IMG/VR virus record: IMGVR_UViG_3300032295_002791
Span: 1 to 64,000 of that record
Direction: 5' to 3' (one strand)
DNA from: a virus
Taxonomy: Duplodnaviria; Caudoviricetes
DNA length: 64,000 nt
In this document: in pieces, positions 9,982 to 21,200 of the stretch
Layout: the number at the start of each line of letters is the position of its first letter
How positions within the stretch are numbered: the stretch's first letter is position 1
Position numbers and translations under genes: made by a program
The notes under the pieces: generated by a model
The model's input: the letters and a program-made list of their open reading frames with translations, nothing else
Told to the model about the DNA's origin: nothing
The model's database searches: none

Positions 9982-12900
9982 TGTTATTTGATTTTATTAA
10001 AGATCCAATTAAAAAACTTTCACTTGCGCAGCAGTCTCTTGGGAAAACAGAATTTGGTAGAGGTGGAGTTATAAGGGTGGAATTAAATCCATCTACAAAC
10101 GCCATACAATATGTCATTTCAGCAACTGGAGAAAGATTAGATACCCCACAAGAGGCTTTCTTTAAAGCAAGCACCTTGATGATGACACAATTTGAGTCTC
10201 TCAGTGCCGTGTCCGGTTCTGTATCTAATTTAATTAATAACCCAAATAACCCAAAGTACGCACAAGTTGGAGAAATATTAAGTAGTATACAAGAAAATTT
10301 AAAAAAGAAGAGTTTAGACCCAAATGCAGTAGCAAAACTCAAAGCCATGGGAATAGACATTGGCTCAACGGGCACAGACGTCAGTGCAAATATTATAGCA
10401 AGTAGAGCACAAAGGGGAGCAAAACCAAAAGACTTCCTTCAAGAAGTAAGAAGAATATCGGAAACAGCTTCATCAAAGGGTGGGTTTATTCCCTTTATAG
10501 ATGACGAAGGCGCAAACTTATTGCAACTTAAAGTTGGCGGTAAAATATTATCTGATGAACAAGCGTATTACATGTTAAGCGTTATAGGTAATCCAATATT
10601 TAATCAAGAAAAATTTGCTAGCGTTTTTGCAGGTGATAAACCAATTGATGCATTTATGGAAAAGATTGTAAAAAGAATGAAAGGTTTAATCTCAGAAAGA
10701 GATATAACCATAACTGAAGAGACATTGAGGCAGGCTTTTGGGGGTAAGAATCCTAAAGCAATTGTCCTTGAAGAGGGCCTAGATCTTTTGAAAAAACGTT
10801 TTAACCTAGGGGACGCAAATTCTTTAACGCAAAAAGCACTAATAGGAACAGATCCAAAAACACTTCTAGAAGTATCTGTAGGAAACTCAATTAAATCTTT
10901 AGATCCCAAAACTAGTGTAATTCAAGATCCACAAAAATTTATAGATGGTTTTTTTCAAAGATCGGACATAAAAGATTTAATACGCACTTCAACAAGCAAT
11001 GAAGAATTAGTAGCTAAATTAAAAAAAATAGAAGAAAAAGGTATTATTTCTAAAGATGAAATTACAATCTTTCAAAGATTTATGGATGACGCAGAAAAAG
11101 AAATTGACGGTATTACAGTTTTAAATGCAAGAGTCATCAATGCAAACGATAAAAAATCTAAAGGTGTAATTAAACAATTAGATGATCAAATAAAACAATT
11201 AAAGGAAAATATAAAGAATTCATCATCTCCGGCAGATAGAGAAAGATTGGCTAGAAAGCTAGACGAACTGCAGCAAAGAAGAAGCGTTATAGGCTCTGCA
11301 GAAAATCTTTATCAAGTAACTGGTAGAGGATCTTATGGTGGACGTGGAATAAAAACAGCATTTGATATTAGAGATCTTGTTGGTAAAGATTTTGAAGATG
11401 TTTATATGATAATAGGCAGATCTGGACTAAAGAAAGAAATAGGATTAGCTGGATCAGAAACATTTGTAACTATTAGCGGATTTGGCTCATCAAGCACCAG
11501 CGTATATTCAGACCCTGTATCAGTTGCTTTTCATCCTGAAATATTTGCAAGCAAAGAAGAATTAGAATCAATGCAACAATATTCAGCTCAAATAATGCGC
11601 GACTTTCAAGAAGCGATAGAGTCAGATGTTCTTCCTGAAAAAATTAGAAATATGTTAAACAAAAATATTACAGAAGATCTTTCATATGCTACGCCTTCTA
11701 TGAGATCAGCAAAAATAAGAAACCAACAGTATGCAAGAAGAATTTTAGAATTACATCAATCTGGAATAGGCCCTAAACAGTCTCCAGAAATGATGAACCT
11801 ATTACATAGTACATTTGCAGCAGAAGCTTTTAGAGTAACAACTAAAGAAGGGCAAGCAAGATATTTGCCCACAATGCCCAATGTGTTTAGATTTGCTGTC
11901 AGCACTGAAACAGCAGCTGCATTGGCAGGTGGAGAAGAATCAATACTTGGTAAGGGTATAGAAAATATTAATTTTAAATTAGCTGGAGAAGAAAAAACAG
12001 CAGAATTATTAAAATTTAGAATTAGTAATGGAAGGTTATTATTTGCAGCTGGTGGAGTTTCAGAATTTTTTGAATCATTGGGTGGATTTGACTTGGACGA
12101 CAAAGGTCTGCCAAGACTCATGACTTACGAAGATGCTCAAAATAATAGAAGATTAGCATTTAGTTTGACAAGACAGCCTTCTGGTATACAAGAAAGTATT
12201 ATAGCTAGTGCAAAATTGAACGACATAAGAACATTAAAAGCTCTTTTTGGAGAAAAAGAAGATTTCTTGCAAGCATTGCGATCTATAACCGTAAGGGGAA
12301 CGCTAGAAGAAACTTTGCTAAATTCACTTACTGGTACTGGTGCAAAGGCAATTAAATTTGATTCTATAAAAGAAGAAGATATAGGAACAATAATACAAAA
12401 TGTATATACAAAAATGGGCAGAAGTATAGGAAAAATGGATCCCAAAATGCTCCAAAACCTTGTTGATTATGGACCATCTGCATTAAGAAATACAAATCTT
12501 TATCAAAGAAGTGAAATTTATAAAGTATTTAAAGAAACAGGCGCATTTGATTTTACTTTAGATAAAGAAATGGGAGAATTGGTTGATAATTATAGACCAA
12601 TATTAGACTCAGGATTATACGATGAACTTAAAAGAACATTAAGCATTGCTGATACAGCAACAAGAAGGAATGACTTAACTAAATTAATTAATGCAAATCA
12701 AAATGATGTAGGCATAGAAGCTCTTTTGACTAACTCTATTTTTAGAAAAATGGAAACCGCTTCTCTTGAACCAGGAAACTCACTTGGACTTTATGTTAAC
12801 AGAACAATGGTTATTGGCTCTACATTAAATCAATTTGATGATTATATGAATTTTATAGAAAATAATATTCAAGTAAACGAAAGTTTAAAAGAAATCTTAC

Positions 12901-14744
12901 AAAAGCAAATAGGATTAGTTTCTTCAGAAACGGCAATTGACACAAGCGTTAACTATTCAAGTTCTCGTTTTGTGGCAAGAATGGAAAATACATTAGACTT
13001 AGCGCGAGCTGCTGTGGAAGCTGGCGGAAGTGCAGATGATATACAAAGAGCAGCATTTAAAGCCTTAGGCTATACTGATGATGATATAGCAAGAGGATTG
13101 AGTTTAGATATAGTTGGCACAAGAGCTATTTCGGGATTGGGAGAAAGAATAGGTACTGCAACAGCCTTAATGACATCTCAAGAATTTGTTGGACAATTTG
13201 TTGGACCATTTGATACAAGTTTAAGACCTGTGATAGATCAAATATTACTGGAAGACAGACTCTCTGATAGTGATATTTTAAATCTATTTGATTCTATTCA
13301 AAAAGGAATTAAAGATGCAAGGAAAGTTCAAACGTTAACAGGCACTGCATTAGATCAACTAGAAGAAGATCTACTAAATACTGGATCCTCTCTTGTTGAA
13401 AGAAGAGAAACACTTGGCAGAATATTTGGAGCATCTAAAGATCACAAGTATGCGTCAACGGCAAAACACAATGCTATGGCAGAAGTGCAAAATGCACAGT
13501 TTAATTTAATAAAAAAACTCGGTCTAAACTCAGTAGCAGAAGATCATATATTAGCAGCTAAAGGTATTTCTGAAGAATCAAGAAAGTTGGCAAATGTACT
13601 CCTGGATAAACATTCCGAAGCATATCAAGATGCAACTCGAAAATTATTAGGAGAATCTTCTCAACTTGAAGACTATGTACAAAATGCAAGAAGGTATGCG
13701 TTAGGTCAAAAAGTTTACGAAGATATAACTGGCGCTCAACAGATAACTGGTCTATCAAGAGAAGAAATAATAAATGCTATGGATAAGGTTGCGGCAGAAA
13801 GATCAGCTTTAACTCGTCAACGTGGAATGGATTTATCGTCACTCTATTATTCAGATGATGAAAATTTCGCAAGTCAGATTACAACTACAAGGGCAAAAAG
13901 AAGAGCAGACGCAATTAGAGTTACAGCTGGAGATTTAGAAGAGCAAGTATTAAATGATTTAGTAGACAATAAAATAATTGGTAAAGGGCCACTTGACTTA
14001 AGTGCTACTTCATCAATCATTAATAAACATTTTGAAAGTATACTTGAACCAACAACAACTGCTTCAGAAGAAGAAAAATATTTAGCACAAGCCATACTGG
14101 GCAAAAAAATAGAAACAACCGATGCAGAACAAGTTAGTTTAGCCAGAAAAAGAGCTGACGTTATCAGAACTCAAACACTAAACAAAGCTTTACAACAAGA
14201 TCAGGCAGTAGCTCAAGCTCTAACAGCAACTGGGCAATCAACATTCACTGGTGATGATAGTCTAAGAAGTGCAATCAATGCGGCCATGAACGATGAAGAT
14301 TATACTTCTTTCTTAAATGCAAAGGGTAAGTATGTTAGATTTTCTGAATATATTAAATCTGGAGAATTAAAAAATTTATTTAAAAATAATAATTTATTTA
14401 GAAGTTCAATATATGCAGCTGGTGCTTTAATAGTTGGCAGCTTTGCATATCAAAGTTTTAAAGATCATACTCCAGAAAAAGTACAAGGCCCACCTTTGCT
14501 TCCTGGTGGATCGGCTTATGAGGGACAGTATCCAAATAGAGCTGCAGAAATTCCGCAGATGGGAACAGTATCTTATAATCCAGGAGTAAGTTATAAAGTT
14601 AACTTATACGGCAATAGGAGACAGGTTTCGCAGTTCCAGGACATGGCTATGGGGCTCGGAAACTTCGATATGGACACTACTATGTATTCTGGAATCCCAC
14701 AAGTTGGAACGGATCCTTATCAGCAGCTAGCTAGCTCGTATTAA
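9981..14744 (+). CDS. Large virion protein with degenerate two-barrel RNA polymerase-like motifs (putative virion RNAP)
   Basis: DG (aa 376), QVTGR..GIK (445-458), IIGRSGLKK (to 485), GGFDLDDK (701-708), RQP (731-733), and a C-terminal hydrophobic helix. Stop/start overlap TAATG with the tape measure gene. The ORF is certain; the function is inferred. Confidence 0.45.
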   Translation: MLFDFIKDPIKKLSLAQQSLGKTEFGRGGVIRVELNPSTNAIQYVISATGERLDTPQEAFFKASTLMMTQFESLSAVSGSVSNLINNPNNPKYAQVGEILSSIQENLKKKSLDPNAVAKLKAMGIDIGSTGTDVSANIIASRAQRGAKPKDFLQEVRRISETASSKGGFIPFIDDEGANLLQLKVGGKILSDEQAYYMLSVIGNPIFNQEKFASVFAGDKPIDAFMEKIVKRMKGLISERDITITEETLRQAFGGKNPKAIVLEEGLDLLKKRFNLGDANSLTQKALIGTDPKTLLEVSVGNSIKSLDPKTSVIQDPQKFIDGFFQRSDIKDLIRTSTSNEELVAKLKKIEEKGIISKDEITIFQRFMDDAEKEIDGITVLNARVINANDKKSKGVIKQLDDQIKQLKENIKNSSSPADRERLARKLDELQQRRSVIGSAENLYQVTGRGSYGGRGIKTAFDIRDLVGKDFEDVYMIIGRSGLKKEIGLAGSETFVTISGFGSSSTSVYSDPVSVAFHPEIFASKEELESMQQYSAQIMRDFQEAIESDVLPEKIRNMLNKNITEDLSYATPSMRSAKIRNQQYARRILELHQSGIGPKQSPEMMNLLHSTFAAEAFRVTTKEGQARYLPTMPNVFRFAVSTETAAALAGGEESILGKGIENINFKLAGEEKTAELLKFRISNGRLLFAAGGVSEFFESLGGFDLDDKGLPRLMTYEDAQNNRRLAFSLTRQPSGIQESIIASAKLNDIRTLKALFGEKEDFLQALRSITVRGTLEETLLNSLTGTGAKAIKFDSIKEEDIGTIIQNVYTKMGRSIGKMDPKMLQNLVDYGPSALRNTNLYQRSEIYKVFKETGAFDFTLDKEMGELVDNYRPILDSGLYDELKRTLSIADTATRRNDLTKLINANQNDVGIEALLTNSIFRKMETASLEPGNSLGLYVNRTMVIGSTLNQFDDYMNFIENNIQVNESLKEILQKQIGLVSSETAIDTSVNYSSSRFVARMENTLDLARAAVEAGGSADDIQRAAFKALGYTDDDIARGLSLDIVGTRAISGLGERIGTATALMTSQEFVGQFVGPFDTSLRPVIDQILLEDRLSDSDILNLFDSIQKGIKDARKVQTLTGTALDQLEEDLLNTGSSLVERRETLGRIFGASKDHKYASTAKHNAMAEVQNAQFNLIKKLGLNSVAEDHILAAKGISEESRKLANVLLDKHSEAYQDATRKLLGESSQLEDYVQNARRYALGQKVYEDITGAQQITGLSREEIINAMDKVAAERSALTRQRGMDLSSLYYSDDENFASQITTTRAKRRADAIRVTAGDLEEQVLNDLVDNKIIGKGPLDLSATSSIINKHFESILEPTTTASEEEKYLAQAILGKKIETTDAEQVSLARKRADVIRTQTLNKALQQDQAVAQALTATGQSTFTGDDSLRSAINAAMNDEDYTSFLNAKGKYVRFSEYIKSGELKNLFKNNNLFRSSIYAAGALIVGSFAYQSFKDHTPEKVQGPPLLPGGSAYEGQYPNRAAEIPQMGTVSYNPGVSYKVNLYGNRRQVSQFQDMAMGLGNFDMDTTMYSGIPQVGTDPYQQLASSY

Positions 14745-14749
14745 GGTTA

Positions 14750-15211
14750 ATGTATATGATCTTTGGTGCAGACAAACAAAATAAGAATTTAAAAGACGCT
14801 GCATCTAAACGAATAGACACTAGTCCAAGGACACAAACTTCAAATAAGTATGCAGCCAAGATAGCTTCTAGTAAGAACATATCAAGCGGCTCAGAGGCTT
14901 CTGGAGCTCAAAGTACAGAATATAGCCCAAAGGGCGATATGAGGCAATCAGACCCTCTGAGAGGCTCCTGGGAGGGCTTAGACAAGGGTTCTTCGACACA
15001 TATCCAAATGAATGGAACTGGATACTTAAATCCAGCAATCCAAAAAGCTAGATATAATAAAACATTTGCCTCTCATTCTGGAAATTTAAGGCAAGATTCT
15101 TTTACAAAAAGAAATTTTAGAAGTATAATTGACAATAGAAGCGGTAATACTGTGGAAGGATCTTCTTCCGAAATTGTAAGTTCATTGAATAGAAGAAATA
15201 ATTTAATATAA
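14750..15211 (+). CDS. Hypothetical basic, Ser/Asn/Lys-rich protein, probably disordered
   Basis: ORF tightly packed between two giant genes; no recognisable motif. Confidence 0.6.
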   Translation: MYMIFGADKQNKNLKDAASKRIDTSPRTQTSNKYAAKIASSKNISSGSEASGAQSTEYSPKGDMRQSDPLRGSWEGLDKGSSTHIQMNGTGYLNPAIQKARYNKTFASHSGNLRQDSFTKRNFRSIIDNRSGNTVEGSSSEIVSSLNRRNNLI

Positions 15212-15214
15212 ACT

Positions 15215-18200
15215 ATGCCTATTAACGAAGCAGCATTAGAAGCAGAGAATAAAGAACTTAATAATTTTTCCGACCCTACAGTTTCTGGTGAAGATACCCT
15301 TAAACAACTATTGAATCTAATGGGAAGGTTCGACAATACTACCAATGGGTATGATAAAGATTTTGATTTTGTACTTGGCTCTCATTTTGCGATGAGTGGC
15401 AAGGGAGACTTTGAGCAAAAAAAAGCATCAGCTATAAGAATCTTTCAGGGAACAAATGTAGAAGCAATAGCACAATTAGATAGCAAATACCGCAAAAAAA
15501 TATTTAGTAAAATACAAGATACAGGATTATTTGGTCTAGCTTTCAAAGGTTTTTCTATTTCAGAATTTGGTAAAAAAAGATTATCTTCTATTACATCTGC
15601 AAAAAGGGGTGCAGCCGACGCACTTAACCCGACTACAGACACCGCTTGGTTAACCGAGCTCACTAAGGTTGTTAGAAATTTATCTTCAGATCCAATTACT
15701 CTTGGTATTATTAATTCTTATTTTCCTAGCCTTGTAACCTTTTTATTTGACGCCATTGCTGTAACTGCCGACTATTCAAGTGGCGGAGAAGTCAATGGCG
15801 AATCTGATGACAGCATAAATAGCATGAAAGACTTTATAGCAAGTCTTGAAAAAGCTTTTGGTCGAGGACTAAACGATTCAAATCAAACATTTAAACAAGC
15901 CGTATTTACAATGGCATTTAATTTTGAAAATACAGCAAAAAGAATGAAAGCTGTATTAGATAATTCTCCATATAGAGAAAATACTCAGCCAACATCTCCA
16001 GACGTTTTTCATTTGCGCTTGGGTGCAGCTAATTTCTTTGTCCCACCATTATCAATAGATGTTAATACATCTTTTAAAACAGGCAGCTTAACTGGTGGTG
16101 CTCTAAGACAAAAAAATACTCCAAAGTTTAATTCTGGTTACAAGGAAAGCTCTATTAGAATGAGACTATTCTTTCCTAACTATGAAGAAATTTGGGGAAT
16201 ATCAATAGACGATGCTTCTAAAATTGTTCTTGGAAATAATTATGAAATAGATTTTAAATCTGATGGTGCAAGCGATCAAAAGATAGATAAATTTTTATCA
16301 TCACTTCGTGGGTTGGTAGCTGCATTCAAATACTCTCCATTCCTTCCTATCAGAAATCAGTATCTTAATACTGTTCATGGAATCACCGCCGTAGCTCTAT
16401 CGAGTATGTCAATATCAACTGTTCCTAATTTCCCATTTGCCTTAGCCGTTGATATAGAACTTATGAACTTTAATCATAAGCCACTCTTGCCAATGATTAA
16501 CGATTTTAATCAAGCAATACACTGGGGTAAGTACAGGCAATTTATGGGCAAGGCAGCTGGAGCTCTTCATAGTTATGTAAACGAAAGTTTCTTAATGAAG
16601 ACAACTGACGAAAAAGCCCTAGACACACCAGTTAATACGGGAACGGTAACCGTTGGTACAGGGGAATATGAAATAAGCCCCTATGGTGCATCGCTGACAA
16701 AACAAGCTGCGTATTATGATGACATATTAAAAACTAATATAGTGTCGGAATGGAATGATGGAAAAAATATAAGCTTCTATGTTCCAGCAGAAACTCAAAC
16801 CAAAATCTTTTTACCTGACGCTACATCATTTAGAAATGATGAAGAAAGACTGTCGAGTGATCAAAGTCAGGATTTTTGGGGAAAAATTTTAAGTGGTTTT
16901 GGAGTAGACATAAATGAATCTGCTGGATATGGTCTTAATTTAAGTGGCGTATATAATTTATCTAAAAATACTGGAATTAATCCTAATATAAAATATCATT
17001 TATTAACTGTAATGGATATTCTAACCGCTGGATTAAATGATAATTCACAGCGTAAAAAAGTTTATAGCTATGTAGCAACATTATTTGTTAAAGAAAATTC
17101 ATTAGACGGAGCAGAACAAGCTTATATTCTTAATATTGATAGTACAAATGTTCCACCTGAAACAGGCGTAAGAACATATCAATTCAATTCAGTTTCTTTT
17201 GTGGATACTCAGGGCAATCCTAGAAGCCTTAGTTTTATGAAGGCTTATTTAAAAGAGATATCTAAAACTTCTAAAAATCTTTTGGATCAACAAACAAAAT
17301 CGTTAGCAGATAGTCAAGCTAGAAAAGCTGGAATAAAAGTTCCAGATACGTATGCTGATGGAACCGCCGCTTATAAAAATCTTTATGATAAGATAAAAGA
17401 TCAAATTAAAAATGGATTCAACTTAACTCTTTATGAAAGATTTTTTAAGAGTGCACCAATAGAACAGCTTCTTGAGGCAGCAAGAGCAAAGCAAGGAGCA
17501 TTCTCGTTCAGAGAATGGGAAGTCCCTATGCTTAAGATAGATCTTGATCCAGCCGCAGCGATAGTAACTGGAGTCTCCTTAACCCTTGGTAACAACATCG
17601 CCAAGTTGCAATTGCAGATGCAGGATGAGCCAACCTATCAGCATATAGGTGGAAAAGATACCTATATTAACATCTCGATGAGAATCATTGGCGAAAAAGA
17701 ATTAACCAAACTAAAGAGAATATTTGATCATGTCAACGCATTGGCAAGATTAGAACATTCGACTGGGGTTATTGGTTTTATCGGAATTAAGAATATAGTT
17801 ACCGCATTGTCTGGCGTTAAATATGTATTGCCATCAAACTTTTCAGTTAATACAATTCCAGGTTTCCCGCATGTGTATGAAGTAAATATAAGTTTGATTG
17901 ATTTTGATATTTTTCAACAATCAAGAGAGAGGTTGGACTCAAATCAACAAAGAGAATTAATAGAGCATTTCTCTAGTAAGAAAAATCCATTCCTTAGAAT
18001 TAAACAAATGTGGGGATTATTTAATGCGTACCCAGATCTTCCGCTTGACATAAAGAATGACAAGAATGAAGTTGTTGGACATTTAGATCCAGACTTCTAT
18101 TTTAGAAGTTTTGAAATGTTTGATAAAGATATCATTAATAATATATCAACAGCTCCAAAGCAATTAGACATTCCAAATCCAAATGATAATTTCGGTGTAA

Positions 18201-21200
18201 AAGTAACCGAATCAATGCACGTTCATGTGGCAAGTCAAATAGCTTCTTTCTTAAGAGTTTATCCATCTTCAAATTCATCAAATGCAGCTTTTCAAGAAAC
18301 TAGAAAAGATATACTAAATGATGTAATTTTTTATCTTGAAAAAACTGGTATAAATTTTGATCAATTTATTTCTATTTTTGAAAAAGTAATTTATAATCCA
18401 AATTATTTTGGACTAGATAGTTCGGATGAAAGAAGTAAAATTACTTCTCTTAAGAAAAATCTAATTACAGACTATCTAGATTACATAAAACCAAAAGATT
18501 CTAGTACTCAAGATGAATTTTTAAATAAAGTTTCTTCTGCTCCATACCAAGTTGGAGATATTAATTCTAGTAGTTCTGAACTTCTAGACGATTTAAAGAA
18601 AGCCCTAGCTGGAAAATACAGTTTAAAAAATGAAGAATTTGTAAGCTTTGATCCAGATGAGTTAGAGTTTCATCACATTATTACAACTTATCCGATCAAA
18701 GATAAAGATGAACCAAATAAAATACCAGCAATAATACAGACTGCTCTTGGCACTAATCTTGGGTACCTTGACATGGAAAAGGATGCAAGATTTTATCTTA
18801 CATTGGATGGCATTAATGTTAAGAAAACTGAAAACGGTGCAAAAATAGAACCAAGAGGCATATCAGATAAGCACTCAGATCCTTCATACTCTGCTACTCA
18901 AGCTTCAATAGCTGGATCTACAGCCTACTCTAATTATCAGCAACCGTATTCTCACGGAGCAGGAGCTGCCCCAGAGACAATGAATAGCTCAAAATCCGTA
19001 GATACTGTTGAAGCTCACTGGGAAAAAATGCTTGTTGACACATCTTACAGAGACGTGTCAGGCAGAATGCTTAGGGCATTCCCGACGTACATGTTGTGGT
19101 TAATTGACGAAGGAGGATATTTTGCTGGTGTTAAAGTATTCGATAATTTTTATGGATTACAATCAATAATAGATTTTTCTATTATACAGTCAGAAGATCT
19201 TCTTGGTGACACATTGGTATTTAGAGTATCAAATCTCTATTCAAAACTTTCCAGAAAAGAATCTGCTTCATTTTTTGCCGTAGACTCAGAATATTCTCAG
19301 GACAATCCAAGCTTGACCGATGGACTGTCAAGCGTAATAGATGTTACTTTAAATAAAGCCAGAAATATATTGGCTCATATGAAGAATGATTATGTTGTTG
19401 ACATAGAGAATATAAGATTAAAGCCAGGTGTAAGAGTTCATTTAAGAGGTGGTTATGGAGCAAATCCTAATTCACTTCAAACATTGTTCAATGGTGTTAT
19501 TAGCCAAGTAGAACTTGGAGAAATTGTCACTGTCACCGCACAATCTGACGCAATAGAGTTGGGTGCAGTTGTGAACTCAACAAACAAAAAGGGTGACAGT
19601 GGAAAAATAGATGGCGGAATAAATACTGGTCTTTGGTTGTCTGAACCAAGAGACTTGATGGTAAGGCTTCTTTCAATGGGAGCTTCTAGATTTAGAGAAG
19701 GAATAGCTTACGCTAATAGAGGATTGGTTTTCTCAGAAAATAAATTTGGAATAAGACACTTTGGTTCAATTGTTTATGAACCACTTACAATAGACGAAGA
19801 AAGAAAACAGCAGGCAAGAATAGATGCTGTAGCAGATGCTTATAATTCAGTTGGCACCGGGAACGCTGCTGGACTTGGAAAGTCTTCATTAGATATAGCA
19901 GTTGGTACAAATGAATTTAGAACTCCAGTATTTTCTTTAATGAATCAATTATGGTCAAATTTTTCTCAGGCAAGAGATTTTGAAATATTTAAGAGAAATA
20001 TTTATCCAGGAAATGGAACTGGAATAGCCCAATTCCTTGGTGGAGATTTAGGAGATGGTTGGACATCTGTGTCTTCAATAACACCAAGCAGTCAGCCAAA
20101 TGAAAGAATTGAATATCTATCTAGATTAACTGACAGAAGTTGGAATGGACTTGTTCAAAAATATGCAGAAGGAGATATTGATGCAAAGGCTCCAATTGAG
20201 CAATTAACAGGTGACGGACAAATAAGAGATAATTCTGGATCGTCAAAGTCTGCTTCAGCTGTTGGCTTAAGTGGTTTACTTGGTGTATCCGCAATTGTTG
20301 GTGGTCCAGTTGGAATTGTTGGCGCAACTATCGGTGCAGGGCTTCTTGGTGTTCTCTCTAAAAGAGGTGGCGATAATATTTTCAACATGCTCGGACTGAC
20401 TTCTAGCTTAGATGACGACATGCCTGGTTTTGATGAAGTTTCATTTAGGGCACAAACATATATGAGATCTGTGTGGGACCTATTCCAAACATGTGCAAGG
20501 CTGCTTCCAAATTACATAGTTGCAGTAAGACCATTCGAAGATAGATCAACAGTGTTTTACGGAAAACCACACTGGCTGTATACTTCTGGTGTTGTTCCAG
20601 TAACAACTGGATATCCGGGTGATGAAAAAATGGGAGAACTTGGGATTAATATGGGTCCCAAGATTGTTAGTCCAGATTTTGAATTGAGTAGAATAATAAC
20701 TGAAATAAATAAAAATTCGAGTTCATATGCAGACGCAGATGCCTTCATTAGAAGCACAGAGCCAACAGACGCAATCGCTGAATTAACAACTACTCAAAGA
20801 TATGCGCAAAGTTATTATGCAACATCGGCGGCTCTAAAGGGTCAATTAATTAATTTTGATTCGAATAGATCAAAAGTTTTAGTCGATTCAAACGGGAAAA
20901 CAGTTGCAAAACTTCCAAAAACAAAAGGTATAGTCACTATGGGATTCCATTTGCCAGTAGATAATAATACTGGTGGAGGATCAAAAATAAGTTCAACATC
21001 TAAAGTTATATATTCAACAGATCCGCATAGTCAAATTCCTCAACTCCCTGCAAGATTTAGATTTCCATTGTTTACAAACAGGGCTGATACAAACGGTTTC
21101 TATAGATTAGAAAATTTCTCATTTCAGTATGACGAAATAAGAGGATATTCTAAAGCCAGTAGAATTATTTCTGATTTGGGAAATTCTAAAGGTGACGCAG

